Positions 42,391 through 57,619 of a stretch of DNA of 64,000 nt are shown in pieces (position 1 is the stretch's first letter; every line of letters begins with the position of its first letter). The notes below the pieces were generated by a model that made no database searches, was not told where the DNA came from, and was given only the letters and a program-made list of their open reading frames with translations. The translations under genes were made by a program, and so were the position numbers. This stretch comes from Chrysomallon squamiferum (Eukaryota; Animalia; Mollusca): the NCBI GenBank assembly GCA_012295275.1, contig CM022669.1, forward strand, positions 17,050,001 through 17,114,000, read 5' to 3'.

Positions 42391-44124
42391 CTTCTAAGTT
42401 ACCAAGACAATAACAGAAAATATCAGAACTGTAAGTCAGACAGCAGACATATTATATACTGAACAAAGAGAAAAGGTTTCCTCCAACTTACAGGCCAATA
42501 GGTCTTGAGCCAGCAGACTGAACAAAGCCAACACGTTTCAGAAGTTTACGCTTAATTAGGAGCGAGTTGACAGGCAGGCAGCACTGGAAGTAACTTTCAA
42601 ACAGAACGGTCTGTGGAGATTTTGTTAACATAGATTTTTTGGTCAAGTCTCCATTAACTCTCGTCTGAGACAGTGTAGGTGCTCTTTTTAGAAATCAATT
42701 CTGAAAACACCGAGTGGTAAAATGTTATGTTTGTAAATGACCATCATTTGCATTATCCCAATCTAGAATGGCTCCTTATGTGTGCATTTTTATTTTTATT
42801 TTATTTATTTTTTTTATTTTTATTTTTATTTTATTTTATTGTTTACTGTTTGCTGTCAAGATGTAATCATGAAAAACTAATTTTGAAAAACCCCCAGAAT
42901 GTTAAAGTTTATCAAAGACTGTTATTTGCATATGCTAATCTAGAATGTTTTGCACTCTGGTTTCCTCTTTGCAGTGCTGATGTAATCACATTGGTTCAAA
43001 GAAATCAATTCTGAAAACATGCAGAAGAGGTAAATGTTATGTTTGTAAATGACTGTCATTTGCATATCCCAATCTAAAATGTCTCGTTGATTTGATTATC
43101 ATTTCTTCCCTGTCCAACTCAGTAATTGTGCAGATCGTGTGGGAGCGTACTGGAAGTGTATCGCAGACTCTCTGGGTTAAACATGGCTGGATTCAGATGA
43201 CATCTTATAAATAATATCAGTTGTTCTGTGATGCACAGTCAAAAATATATTTATCATACAAATTTATACAAAGAAAAAAGTGTGCAGACAGACAGACAGA
43301 TAGACACGAAATAATTAAATTGCAGAGTGATGTCCATATAAATAGATTATAACCAAAGAGCCATAAAACACACACACACAGACAGACAGTCACACAACCA
43401 CACACACACAGACTTACAAACATAATAAACAAATCAAGTTAGGGATCATGAAATATTTTCCTATGCAAAAACGACCTTTAAGACCTGATTTCACAGACAT
43501 AGATTTTTCAAACTTCTATCCATCTAAAAAAAAAAGTGTAAAGAAACGAAAATACATGCACAGACACACACACACACACACACATTTTGCACTTAACATA
43601 TGGCATAATTTTGTCCTGCTGTCAACAATACAAAAAACTGCTTCTAAAGTTAATACATGATTTAAGACAATGGCATGCTGAAATGATAATTTATTAATAT
43701 CTTTTCTTACAAACATAAAAAAAAATAAAAAAATAAAATTTAAAACAAAGGATTCTGTTTCAGACTGAAAAAAGAAAAGTTAATTCTAACTGCTGTAGAC
43801 AAAGCGATTTCACTCCTGTCTGCAATTTTCAGGCATGTGTCACGCGTATTTTACAGAAACAATGAGAAGCGATGGAGTAACTTTAAAAAAAAAAAAAAAG
43901 TAATAATAGACATTTCCACTGTAAAAAATATATTTTCTCTTTTCCTTCTACAGTCAAATGAATAAAAAAAAGAAATAAGTCACTGTGTAATACTATCCCA
44001 ATAAAGAATAAGATACCACCAAATGTAGCATGTCAACTTGACAATAAATACATATATTATATATGAATACAGATGATGTATTCACATACATACACAGCCA
44101 GATATAAAACACAAACACAAGCAG

Positions 44125-44185
<61 letters not shown>

Positions 44186-46921
44186 AACACACAAACACAT
44201 CTATATATGTATATAAATAATGTAAAAATATAAATACCTATGAAATACAATTCATATGAATATGTTTGAAGTACAAAATTTGATATTTATGAGTACTTAA
44301 GAACGAATCTGTGACATTTCTGTGACATTTCACTCTATTTCTAAAGTTAATGCATGTATTAAAACAAAAGTAATGGGAAATGTTAACTTCACTTGCATGG
44401 TATGTCTTGTAATCATATTCCTAAATTCTAGTAAATAAAACAAAGTGTGTATATGTGCGAGTGTGTATGTATGTGTGTATGTGTGTATATACATATATAT
44501 ATATATGTCAAAATTATATATATATATAGATACAGATATATACATGTATGAATGTGTGTATGAGTGTATGTATGTATGTATATATGTGTGTATGAGAGTA
44601 TGTGTGTATGTATTATGTATGTATGTATGTATGTATGTATGTATGTGTATGTGTGTGTGTGTATGTATGTATGTATGCATGCATGTCTGTATGCATGTCT
44701 GTATGCATGTATGTATGTATGTACATATATTATAAAGTATCTATGCTCATTTATGTAAATCTATTCCTCTATAATATACATATCCTCTACACATGCAAAG
44801 TTCACACATGCATGCAATTTTCTTCACCTAATTAAGAGAAGAGATTCTCCAACATTTTTTTATTTTTTATTTTTTATTTTTTTTTACCTACAGAAAGGTT
44901 TCCAGAGATTTTTATCTCGGTCTGAAGCTGTGATTAAACTGTCATGTAGAAACCATCTGCATGTCAAACCAGTCACAGAGAGCTGCACCAGACTCCAGAC
45001 TCAGCTCTAATTGGCTTAACCTATCACACGTGTACACACATACATACAGACAGTCACTTGCGGCACTGGGAAAAACCTAGCCAATAAACTTCTCGCCTGA
45101 AAGAATTTTTATTTTTATTTTTTAAAACCTGCCTTTCTTGGAGATCTCTAATTTGAAAGCAATGAATAAACAGACAATTTCTTCTTCACCTTTCTCATTA
45201 TTACTGGTCAGGTTTCTTCTGCTGACTTCTATAGAGCAGAGGCGGGGGGGGGGGGAATATTTGATAAAAATAAAGAGGAGAAAAATGCAAGAGGGCAAGC
45301 CCCAGTTAATGAAAACATCAGCATTTTCGATGAGCCGAGCCAGCCGAGAAAGAAACACATACATAGACAGTTTGACTAACAGGCAGAAAATTGAAGCCAT
45401 GTGCCTCAACCATTCATGTGTAATTTGCAGCAGGGGAGGCATGGAAACTTTTAAAGTTTTATGTGCACATGTGTGTGTGAGTGTGTGTGTGTGTGTGTGT
45501 GTGCCTGTGCACCTATCTGTTTGCTTGTGTGTGTGTGTGTGTGTGTGTGTAGGTGGATGTGCTGGTTACATTTAGTGCAAAACAATTATGAGTTTAAACA
45601 CCTAAAAGAATGGAGGATGTGTGCATGCATGCACACAGACAGACAGACACACACACAACATGTATTCACTCATCACATGCACAGAATACTCAAGACAGAC
45701 ACACACACACACATTTTATAAGCATAAATATAGTCTGGAACTGCATGCACATCACAGAAATGTTACTTATATATGCATGCATGAGCGAAGTATATATTAA
45801 ATATGAAACTATAGTACTAGCTATATATATATATATATATACATCACCTTAGTAATTAATTTCCAGTTGATGTTATCACCTAATATTTGTTGTTGTGTTT
45901 TTTGTTGTTGTTGGGAGTTGTTTTGTAATTTTTGTATTATTTATAGATATATATATATATTTTTTTTTTTTTAAATAAAAAGAATTATAGATATAATCTG
46001 TTCACAGTAGTATTTCAAATCTTAAGAAAGTTCTTCTCTTTTTATTATAAGTTACAAAATAACTTCAAAACAAATCTGAAAGTAATTAAAAAAACTTAAC
46101 AACATCAAGAAATTTGATTTATCAAGAACATACTGATATATATGTGTGTGTGTGTGTGTGTGTGTATGTTTTATCTATGTGTTATTACATACACCCCTGT
46201 ATTCACCTAGTACAATACTCACTTTGTTGAACCTAAGTTAAAAACAGGGTTTTATTAAATACCTCCAAACAATGAATCACTGTTTTAAACAGTAATCTGT
46301 GAATGTACAGTTATATCTGTTTACAGATTAAATGCAATTTGATAATAGGGAATTTAAAAGTGTTTCCAAGTTATCACCAACTGGTATGTGCAACATTCAT
46401 AAAAAAGTGAAAATATAAATGTGATACAGATAAAGTTGTAAAATTTATTTCTACAAAATTTGAGATAAAAAAAGTTTGTAGGAAAAGCATGTATATATAA
46501 AGTAAGATGAAATTATCCTATAAAAAAAAGTAGGGGGTAAAAAAAAAGAAAAAAAAAAGACGTTTTTTGTAAATATCACACGTTTTCATGAATTTAACAC
46601 GAAATCACATAAATGTATACCACACCCACTGACCACCCACCCACCCACCCACTCACTCACTCACTCACCCACCCACTCACTCACTCACTCACTCACATAT
46701 ATATAATACATATGCATGCAAGCACACTTAAGTTTTACCATCATCCAGACATACATAAACATAGTAGAAAAAAAATACATAACGTATCTTAATAGAAACA
46801 ATCCAGATATTTTTGAGATTTGTTAACAACCAGTCAATCATTCAGTCATATTATATATTACATCAAAACATTATGGTAGAAATAGAAATATTGGTCTAAT
46901 GGAAATGTGATATGAATCTTT

Positions 46922-47205
46922 TACACACACACATGGACACGTGCACGCACATGCACACATGCACGCACATGCACACACACACAAACACACACACACACAA
47001 CACGCACACAAGCACACACACACAAACACAAACACACACACACATGCACACAAACACAAACACGCACACAAATACAAACACACAAACACGCACACAAACA
47101 CACGCACACACACACATACACGCACACACACACGCATGCACACACACACACGCACACACACATGCACACACGCACACACATGCACACACACAGACACACA
47201 CACAG
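46922..47205. repeat. Imperfect (CA)n microsatellite
   Basis: Read directly. Confidence 0.93.
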
Positions 47206-47619
47206 TATACAGTTAGATGATGACATTTAATGATGGTGAGAATAAACAGCTGTTTCAGATAATCACTGGTGATAAACTGAAGGTACTGATATAATGCAGC
47301 GTCTAACAACTATTAATTAAAGGTGATTAATGATACTAATATATTACCAGGTAACAGGTATACCACTCCTCGGTGTGTTTTATCACTGCTGCCTGCTGTA
47401 AGATTTATTACCTGTTTCAATCTGTGTTTTAAAAAACATGCACACTTTGTTTTTAAACTCGCGGGCATCGTTAATGACTGATACAGCAATTCCTATGATG
47501 TTTCCCCCTGAATATATAGTGACTGGTATAGGATCTTTTCCTGTTTGTTTGTTTGTTTGTTTGTTTGTTTTTGCTCCAGATATTTGTTTAATACATTCTA
47601 CACAAATTGTGACAATCTG

Positions 47620-47700
47620 CACTATCGGGGATTCGAACTCACAAACGTAGGAATCATGACTCACCATGCATACTGATCCACCATCAATACATTAGGTGAC
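47620..47700 (-). mobile_element. Degenerate tRNA-derived SINE head or tRNA pseudogene
   Basis: The minus strand carries a perfect B-box GTTCGAATCC about 40 nt downstream of a weak A-box-like tggtggatcagt. Acceptor-stem pairing is not evident. Confidence 0.35.
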
Positions 47701-48769
47701 AATAGAATCCCCTGAAGAGTGGTTCACATTTTCATCAGTCCAGACAAACACCTGTTTCTGCCACAGTTCCAGTTTTTCTGTGGTTTTGACACTAACACAG
47801 CAATCTGTAACACAACCTCTGGTTTATCATATAACAACTTTTTGATTAGGCCACCACAATGACTGAGTATCATGTGTTTCTAGAGAGGTTCACATTTTTT
47901 GCCATTAGATGGCTATACCCAAACTGAAGATTAAATATTTTATTGTATTTTGAACATGTTTTTTTTAGTCAGGTGTACATTCATTCATTCATACATACCA
48001 TTAAACAAGACTGGTATACTAATTAGTTTCAACCATATCGTGCTGCTTTTTCATATTTGTCAGTCTTTTACATTACTTAGCATATTAATGTAAAATTTGG
48101 TCTTTTATAAAAGTAAATGTATGTGTGTGTATATCAATGCTTGAACTACAATAAAAGTTACACCATTACTTAAAATCCTTATTTATTTCACACTAATAAT
48201 GCAGACACACAAAACAAAATCAGTGGAAACTGAACAACAAAATCTATATATGCTGACATTTTAAATATCTAAATTATTTCACGCTTATAATGCAGACATA
48301 TAACACAAATTCACAACTAAAACCCATATGCCGATGCTGTAATAAGTAATTTATTTTAACACTAATAATGCAGACAAAACACGAAACCAGTGGAAATTAA
48401 AAAGATACCGAAATAACACAAAATTATTTTAAATACTGATTTGCTGTTAACAGGTGAGTCTTCTGATTTATGTTGTTTTTGATTGTTTTTTTCTGCGTAG
48501 CACTTATAGCATTAGATGGAAATGTGTTTACCACTTTCCAGTAATAAAGAGAATTTTTGTCGCTGTTTTTCCTTTTAACATAACTATGATAATTACATAC
48601 TATCACACTAATGACTGACTTGTATTTCATATTTGTGGTTTGTCTACAAAAATATTTGCTCTCGCTCTCTAAGAAGCAAGAAGGAAAACATTGTATTTTT
48701 TAACTGAAGAAATTATTATATACATACATACGTACATATATGTATGTATGTGTGTATGTCTATAGATAT

Positions 48770-48865
<96 letters not shown>

Positions 48866-49032
48866 TTTTTTTGTGTTTTTTTTTTGTAAAAATATGATTT
48901 GATATCATGTTCATCATTTTCATTCTATACTTTTTCTTCCTAATAAACCAGTTAACCTTTATTGTTATTTTTATTATTATTACAACTATTATTATTGTTA
49001 TTATTATTATTATTATTATTATGATTATTATG

Positions 49033-49071
<39 letters not shown>

Positions 49072-52000
49072 GATTAACTAAGGTAAAACATGATCTTGGC
49101 TGTCAAGTGATGCAAACAGCAGTGGTTAAAGCAAACAGGACCTGTTAACACTCAAGTTTTACATATTTTGTTTCACTGTCAGAATTTTGCCACGTGATCT
49201 CCGAGGCAGACATCCAGATTCCTACTGACTGACCGGTGTCTTCCCATTTGGTAGATTCCCAGTTCATATAATTCCCATTTCGTAGAAAAACCTGGTTTAC
49301 CGCAATACCTGATTACCTCTGTATATAATGAACTTGGCCTGTGCATACATCTGGTTTCTTTCTAACATTCAGAGGGGAAGCACATTGTTCCTAAATCGAT
49401 TATGTAACATCAACCGAAAGCAGAATAAGCATTCACAACTCATTTGTTGTTGATTTGTTACTTTTTCATTATTTCATCATCTTCCTCCTTCTCATTATCA
49501 TCATCAACATTATTATTATTATTATTATATTATTACTATTATTATTGTTGTTATTATTATTGTTATTCTTCTTATTCTTCTTATTATAATTAGTTACTAT
49601 TATTATTATTATTATTATTATTATTTAAACTGGTCATTTCTAATTCATAAACATTTCATTTCCGTTACAAAACAAGCAACCAATAATAAACAATTTTACA
49701 TCAATTTCATCTATCTATTAAAAAACAAAACGAAAAAAGAATGAAAGAAAAGAAAAATGGCTTGCTTCTGTAAGAGAATACGAGAAAAAATATTATAAAT
49801 AACTAATTCAGCAAATATAATTTTTAACAAAACATATTTTACATATGAGTAATTTACTTATATTCAGTAAATAGAATATTTCTTACATTTATCATTAACT
49901 TTTCGAATCCAACCGTATTCAGCTTAAACATGTACAAGATATCTGCTACTGATCATATTTACATTATGCACACATAGTGACATATATTCAGATTGTGCAC
50001 ATATTATACAATATATGTGACATAGTATATTAATAGTGTGTACACTAAAGATATTATGACCTGCAAATACTTTGGCTAAGACTGAAAAAGTTTATATGAA
50101 GGACCAAATCATTGGGAATACTTTTAGATAAATACCTTCTTTTTTTATTATTTACATTCACTATATTCGATACATAGATTATTTCGATATTTGTCATATT
50201 TGCATGCGATAAGCAATATCCATACTACAATAATACCTCAGATTAAAGATGTAATTGGTTCCAAAACTTCCAATAATTAAGTGAGGTAAGCGGGAGACTA
50301 ATTTACATAGAATTAAGGTTAAAAGCAGTGGTTACTTTCTCGCCGATGAGATCCGACATAAAAAAAAGATGTGAAATAAGGAGAAATAAAACGGCAGTTT
50401 AGACATAAATGATTTAATAGATTGCAGATATTAAATAAACAGTAAATCATTTACAAATCAATTTATACAAATACATTAAGAAATAAGTATATGCCGCTCA
50501 TTGTGGGTTTTGGTTTCATTTAAGATAATGTATTTTGTTTCTAAAGTTATTATCTTCTGTTTCTTTTATCATCAGCATTTGCCGGTATACTGTTATTCGT
50601 TTTGACATATTGGAAGGGTAAATTACAAACAAGTTTAAGTCTAAATCGAAGCAGAAGACAAAAGAGAATCAGAATATCAGATGCACATATGACGTGTCAA
50701 CTGATCAACACAGCTGAGAGAAGCTCGTGAATGAACGAAAAATTAAAGAAAAAGGACTTAAAAACATGCACTGTATACATTTGTATCATTTATTTCGAGC
50801 AATTAACTATTAAATTAAATTTCTATTTATATAATTTGTAAAGAAGAAAGACTGTTAAAGCGTGGTATCGTTAAGCGAGATGTTACTGTATTTATACAAT
50901 AATAATCGCTTTCCAAATAATCTGGAGCAGTTCATTAAAATGACTGAGGTAAAACCAAACATGTCAATAAGACCACTGAACCACATTTAGCCTTTCTATG
51001 AAATGGGATTCTACCAAATGGGACTAAGCCGACTGACCAGACTACACTGGCACCAGCAGATCCAAGATAAAATACAGAAAAGAAAAACAAATTATATAAA
51101 TAAAAGAAAAGAAAAGAAAGAGGAGAAAAGAACAGAAAAAAATGCAGGGTAAATAAGATTAGATGAAAAGAAAACAGAACGCAGCAAAGGAAAAAAAAAA
51201 AGAATAAAAAAATATTAAAAAGAAGAAGAAAATAAATAAATATATAAATAATGATAATAATAATAATAATAGTAATAATAATAATAACAATAATAATAAT
51301 AATAAAAACACTTACTGAAGAAAAAAAAAAGAGAGAGAGAGAGCAATATAAAGGAAGAAAGATGGAGAGATAGATCAAGAGAGGTGAGAGTAAGAGAGAT
51401 TCAGACAATTTTTCAAACTGTTATAATGATAACTTGGTATTTGTAAATAACAAACGAAATCAAAAGAAAAAAACAGAAAAGGAATTATTATTATTACACA
51501 AGGGAAAAATGAAATGAATATGAAAACGGAAGTAACAAAACTTAGAATGTGAAAATGCTTCACAAGGTGAAAATGAGAGTAAAAACGAAAATGGAAGTTG
51601 TATTTTTTTTTAAACAGGAGAAATCAAAAAAGTCGACAGCATGAAAACTAAATAAGATATAAATCCACAGACCAAACTGAAAATAAAATTGAAATAACAA
51701 CACTTGGGATAAATAAAAAATAAATAAACAAAATAATAAACAAAATAAAATAAAATAAATATTAAAAATAAAGACAAAAAAAATAAAAAAAGCCATTAAC
51801 TGGGCAACAGCTTGGAGATCAAATCACACTGTGATACACGGTCTATTGGAAAATAAATTACTTACTATTACATTAACGCATCCAAATATTTACTACAGTC
51901 AACTTGCACATTCCCAAATACCGCAGACATTGATATTTCATTTATTGTGCTCTGCTTCTGAAGCGAAATAGTTTTGAAATTTATTCTCCATCACATCCAG

Positions 52001-52664
52001 AGTGTGTTCTGTTCTGTAAGCTATTTTCCAGTTCAGTTACACAGGCACTGAACCAATTTAGCCTGCCATTCACACTTCAAAGAAGCTGGCTGCTAGTCAC
52101 TGATCTGATACTGCCCTAAGGCTTGGCAGGCCACAGGATCAATCCTCCTTGATGCACCCATTTCACTTTCATCAATAATTTCCCCTTAACAAGATTATCA
52201 AATGCTGTAGCGGACACTTTCCCGTCTGCGGGAAGGTGAAAGAAAAATACTGCATTTTGCTGATGTGTTAAGAATAACCTATATGCAAACTATGAACCAA
52301 ATTTTCACAGCCAGCTTTGTGTTTTCGTGGATTTATCTGTGTTGTATATGTGCAATGTTTAAACATCTGAGTCTAAGAAATCCAGGATTTCAGCATCATA
52401 TGATTTCACACCTCTGATAATGGTTAATATTTAAGATGTCATTAAACATTCATTCAGATCAATGTAGGCCCATTTTCTAAACTTGTGATACACATGCAAT
52501 GATAATTAACAATTTCTCAAAAAGGTAAATTATCTGAAATACATTTAAAGATATAACAATAAATTATTTTCTTTCTTTTTCTTTCCTTAAATTCATCAAA
52601 ATGTTTTGTTGATTTTGTTTTAAATTTTGGTTAAACATAAAATTCCATTTACATTTTGCTACAA

Positions 52665-52866
52665 TATATATATATATATGTGTGTGTGTGTATATATGTG
52701 GGTGTGCGTATGTGTGTGTACATGTGTGCGTGTATATGTGTGTGTGTGTATGTTTATGTATGTCTATGTGTCTGTGTATATGTGTGTGTGTGTCTATATA
52801 TGTATGTGTGTGTGTATATATATATGTGTGTGTGTGTGTGTGTTTGTCTATATATGTATGTGTGTG

Positions 52867-52954
<88 letters not shown>

Positions 52955-52990
52955 TACACACACACATATATATACACACATATATACAAA
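52665..52990. repeat. Compound (TA/TG/CA)n microsatellite
   Basis: Read directly. Confidence 0.93.
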
Positions 52991-53403
52991 ATGTATACAA
53001 AACCAACATTCCAAAAGAGCAGTATAAGAATGTACTGGCTTAACCCTGAAAGGCTTGATTGGCTGAGGTGACAGCACAAAAGGGTTAACCAGTGTCAGTT
53101 CAAATGCCATGATCTCCAGTCATGTGTCAGTTTGTTCTCATGATAAAAACAAATTCATAAACAAATTCATAAATAAAAATAATAATAATGCTTCCTGACA
53201 TTTAAGTATGAAATGATGCAGTTATTTACTACAGTTCATTTGACAATAACATCTTCATTAGAATTTACATACCAAACATATCTGTAAAGCCAATTTACAC
53301 TGAGCTGTTGATGTATCTGAGAGATACACACACAGAGAGAGAAGGTTGGATATGGTGTTTTATAGCATGAATGTGTGTGTGTGTGTGTGTGTGCAAGAGA
53401 GAA

Positions 53404-53453
<50 letters not shown>

Positions 53454-54094
53454 CAATGTAAAGGAAGAAAGATGGAGAGATAGATAGAGAGAGGTGAGAG
53501 TGAGTAGGATTCAGACAGTTTTTCAAATCATTTATAAACATAACTCGGTATTTGCAAATAACTGTGGATATGCACATTTGCTTGTTATGTACAAGAAAGA
53601 AGAAATAAAGAGGACATTTATTGTTAGTAAACTGTATCTATGTCAGTTAATAGAGATGAACTTCAGAATTGTCAACATGTTGATCTTCAGTGGATAAGAA
53701 AATTGAATGTAGATTTACACAGCAGTATTTGAAGAGGAGATTAGTTAAATGAAATCTTATTAGAAAGTTCTTTCTTATTTTTTAATTTATCTCTTTTTTC
53801 TTTTCTTAAATAGATGAGAAAGTGAGAGAGAGAGAAAAGTGGAGTTTGCAAGATTTATTTATTTTTATTTTCTTTCCGAGTTGTAAATAATAATAATAGA
53901 AGTTGCCGAGTGTATGTATTGTGCCTACATCTGTTTTCTGTACCCATTATTTGAAACTACAATAATGTACATGCACATAGCTGCATATTGCATGACCTAT
54001 AATCATGTTAATGTATGTACGCATTTATACAGAGCACCATGCAATTCTTTTATGCCATTTAGAACAAATAAAATAAATATACATTATGTACTCT

Positions 54095-54344
54095 GTTGCC
54101 ATGACAACTGATACATACCAGAGGGGTCCACTGGTTTAAACTGCTTCCTTACTTAACTACAGATCAAAACAATAAATTTAATTCTGTTATATGAGCTTGT
54201 GTCAGTCAAAACAGCTTGCTTTCAGGAACTGAATCCAAACGTTGTCTGGTATCTATGGCAACGATAAAGTCTGTTGAATGAAAAAAACTGTTCCCATTGT
54301 TTACATATTTGGTACAGATGGACATGTAAGATATCCATGGCAGT
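54095..54344. promoter_or_regulatory. Candidate RFX X-box cluster in intron 1
   Basis: GTTGCCATGACAAC (54095-54108), GTATCTATGGCAAC (54249-54262), a weaker ATATCCATGGCAGT (54331-54344), and a forkhead-type TGTTTAC at about 54298. Confidence 0.4.
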
Positions 54345-54502
54345 TTCTGCTGATATTCAAAGAAATAATTTTTTTTTTATTAAGTTTATCATCATCAATC
54401 GATATAAAATACAAAATTAAAATAAAAAATAAATAAAAAATAAAAAATCAACAAAATACAAATGTATCTATTTATCTATCTATCTGTCACACACACAAAA
54501 CA

Positions 54503-54599
<97 letters not shown>

Positions 54600-55547
54600 T
54601 TTATTCAAGAAATAACATTAATAACAATAAAGAAAATACGTGGATTACTAATAAATATAAAATGAATAAAAAGTTCTAGATCCATAAACAAATATTTAAA
54701 AAATACAAGAAGAAAAAACAAAAAAAAACAACAACAAGACAACAATAACAAGAAATAAACAAAAACAAAATGTTTTTTTTTAAAAACATGTACGATAAGA
54801 TCTCAACATAATGGGTGGATTACAAAGGTTTTTTGTTGGTGTTTTTTGTTGGTTTTTTTTTTTGTTTTTCTTTCCTGTTTAATTTGATATAATAAAAGCT
54901 TTTTCTTTTCTAAATGGTGATAGGTTACAAAGCCAAAGTTTGCCAAAGGCAAGCCCAGTGTATCGTTACCGAAACTAACAGCATTCAAAGAATGAGAGGA
55001 AAACTAATTATCTCAGAGATGAATGAACAATCTTCAAAGATCATCTGAGAAAATGATCAGGATACAAAACACCTGGCTTCTCGTGCTACAATAATAAAAA
55101 AAATTAAAAAAAATAAAAATAAAAAAATAAAACATTATTATTATTTTTTTGTTTTCCATTATTTTTGTTTTATGGCCTCTGTATTGTTATTTATTTTATT
55201 TTTATTTTTTTTTTATTTTCCTTCTAGTTTTTTTGGGGTGTGAGTCTTTTGGAGTTTGCAGTTTTTTTGGGGGTGTTTTTTTGAAACTTTTGCTTTCTCT
55301 CCTTTATCTTTGATCTTATTCCAATTTTTTTCCACTATGCTTTTTTTTTTTTTTTTTTTTTTTTATTATTATTATTTACTTTGGAATATTTATCAATTTT
55401 TACATAAGTAAACTGTAGCTTAGATTGTAGGATCAATCCTGCCCAGTGCACCCTTCATAAATCTAATATTAATAATATTAATAATACTCTTACAAAATAT
55501 GAAGAAAGTGTGTAGATACATTACACAAAATAATACTTTACCACTAA

Positions 55548-55579
<32 letters not shown>

Positions 55580-56436
55580 TAACAACAACAACAACAATAA
55601 TAATTCTACTCAAAATATAAATAAATATTATTTATTTATTTATTTATTATACTTAATATTATTTTTTTAAATTTTACAGTAAGGACAAGACAATTTCAGT
55701 GACAGTTCAGCTTTCAGAAATAACTTGACTTCTGCCAGCATACAAAAACAAATCTGGGTTGCAAGTATTTCCTGCTGAAGAGGAAAACATGCCTTGTCTC
55801 TCTTCCTCTTTGTTTTAACAAGTTTTTCATAGATGATGATCATCAGGGACTGATCTAAGGGGAGGAGGTCAAGGGAGGGGGAGGAGGTCAAGGGAAGGGG
55901 AGGAGGTCAAGGGATGTGGAGACCATTATTTGGTTCACTCAAATTTATATGGTTATGACAATAGGAAAGTATTTCATATTCTATAAATTTACAAAAGACT
56001 GATTTAAATAAATAAATAAATAATAACAGTGGCTAGTATTTTATACTGGTAAATCTGTAATATTTAAGATTGCCTTGTACGATATAAAAAAAAACCACAT
56101 TATATGATCACTATATGGAAAGGCAGCATTCTGTATTCACCACACACACACACACACATTTACTACAAAATCTGATAGCCATTTTTGTTTTTAAATATCA
56201 GTGTTTCCTAAATAAAAATATCATTTATGATAAGTTATTTATTTCATTTATTTATTTTATTTAAAATTACTATTATTATTAATTGCTACAGAAAAACCTG
56301 ACCTATTTATTTCAGTGTAGAACAGTATAATTATGTATTCTGTTGTAATGTTACAGATGTCATTTTTAGTTAAATCAATGTTTAACAAAGTGCATCATGT
56401 TATCAACGATTTCCTTCCCCCCCACCTTTTTTCTTC

Positions 56437-56477
<41 letters not shown>

Positions 56478-56840
56478 TTTATAATAAATTCATTTGCTTT
56501 TTAATTTAAACACTATTTAACACTCCATATTATGTCCAAGTTCTAATTTTTAAAAACTTATTATAAATAAATAAATTCACTCATAATTTAATTTACACAA
56601 TGTTTAACAATGTAAATAATGCTTTCTTGTTTTCATTTCTTTTTTTTTAAAGTAAGTTCATTCATACCCTGACAGATTGTTCTAAATTCCTAGAATGGTG
56701 ACCCAAATTTCTGGTACTGAATGAAAAAAAAAAAAAGTAGTCTGTAATTTAACTGTATGTGTCTGCATTTCTGGTAAATTCATAAACAGAAAACATATTT
56801 AAATATTTTTATTTGGTCAGCAAGAATGAATAATAATAAT

Positions 56841-56880
<40 letters not shown>

Positions 56881-57588
56881 TAATTAATTAATAAAAATGA
56901 TGATGATGATGATGGTAAATAAATTACATGTTATAACAATCATTTTCATTCCCATCACTTTTATCAAATGTAAAATATCTGTATTTTAAATGCCATATAG
57001 AAATATTTCAGTAATGTGCTGTTCATGTTTTCTACATGGTGTGTCTGATGGCATTAGTAAATGCCTATTAACCATTTTACACCTATTTCACACACACATA
57101 CACACACACACACACACACTAAAAATTAAAAATAAATACAAACTATATAAATAAATACTGAAACCAGTTCTAATATGCAGCTTAACAGCCTGTTTTCTAG
57201 CAATGATCAAATCTACACTACGCTCAACTAATCACAACGTTGTTAAAAGCAGTCAAGCTGAAGGTTTGCAGACAAATCTGGTTAATGTACACTTGGTCAC
57301 CTCTGACCACAACTGACCACAACTGACCACTGACAGATGAGTGGAGAGTGTTAACAAGACATAACAACACAATTCTGACATTCTGTCTAAATGATCTTCC
57401 AACATAAACATTACCCCCCCCCCTTCCATCCCCCCTCTGCCACCATTAGTACCTGATAACCAGAGAAAGCAAGTGTGCCCATTTGATGAATTACTTGTTG
57501 TTTATTTTCTGGTGAATTACTGTCTGTCTGTCTGTCTGTCTGTTTGTTTATTTTTGTAGAGGTATTGGTGAGTTTTATTTATTTTTGA

Positions 57589-57619
<31 letters not shown>

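Noticed and set aside
47620-47700. Functional tRNA gene (B-box GTTCGAATCC)
   Set aside because: There is no pairable acceptor or D stem, so it is treated as a SINE head or pseudogene remnant.
57295-57335. Estrogen-response-like palindrome GGTCA-cctc-TGACC with tandem ctgaccacaa
   Set aside because: The spacer is 4 nt rather than 3, and a short tandem duplication explains the pattern.
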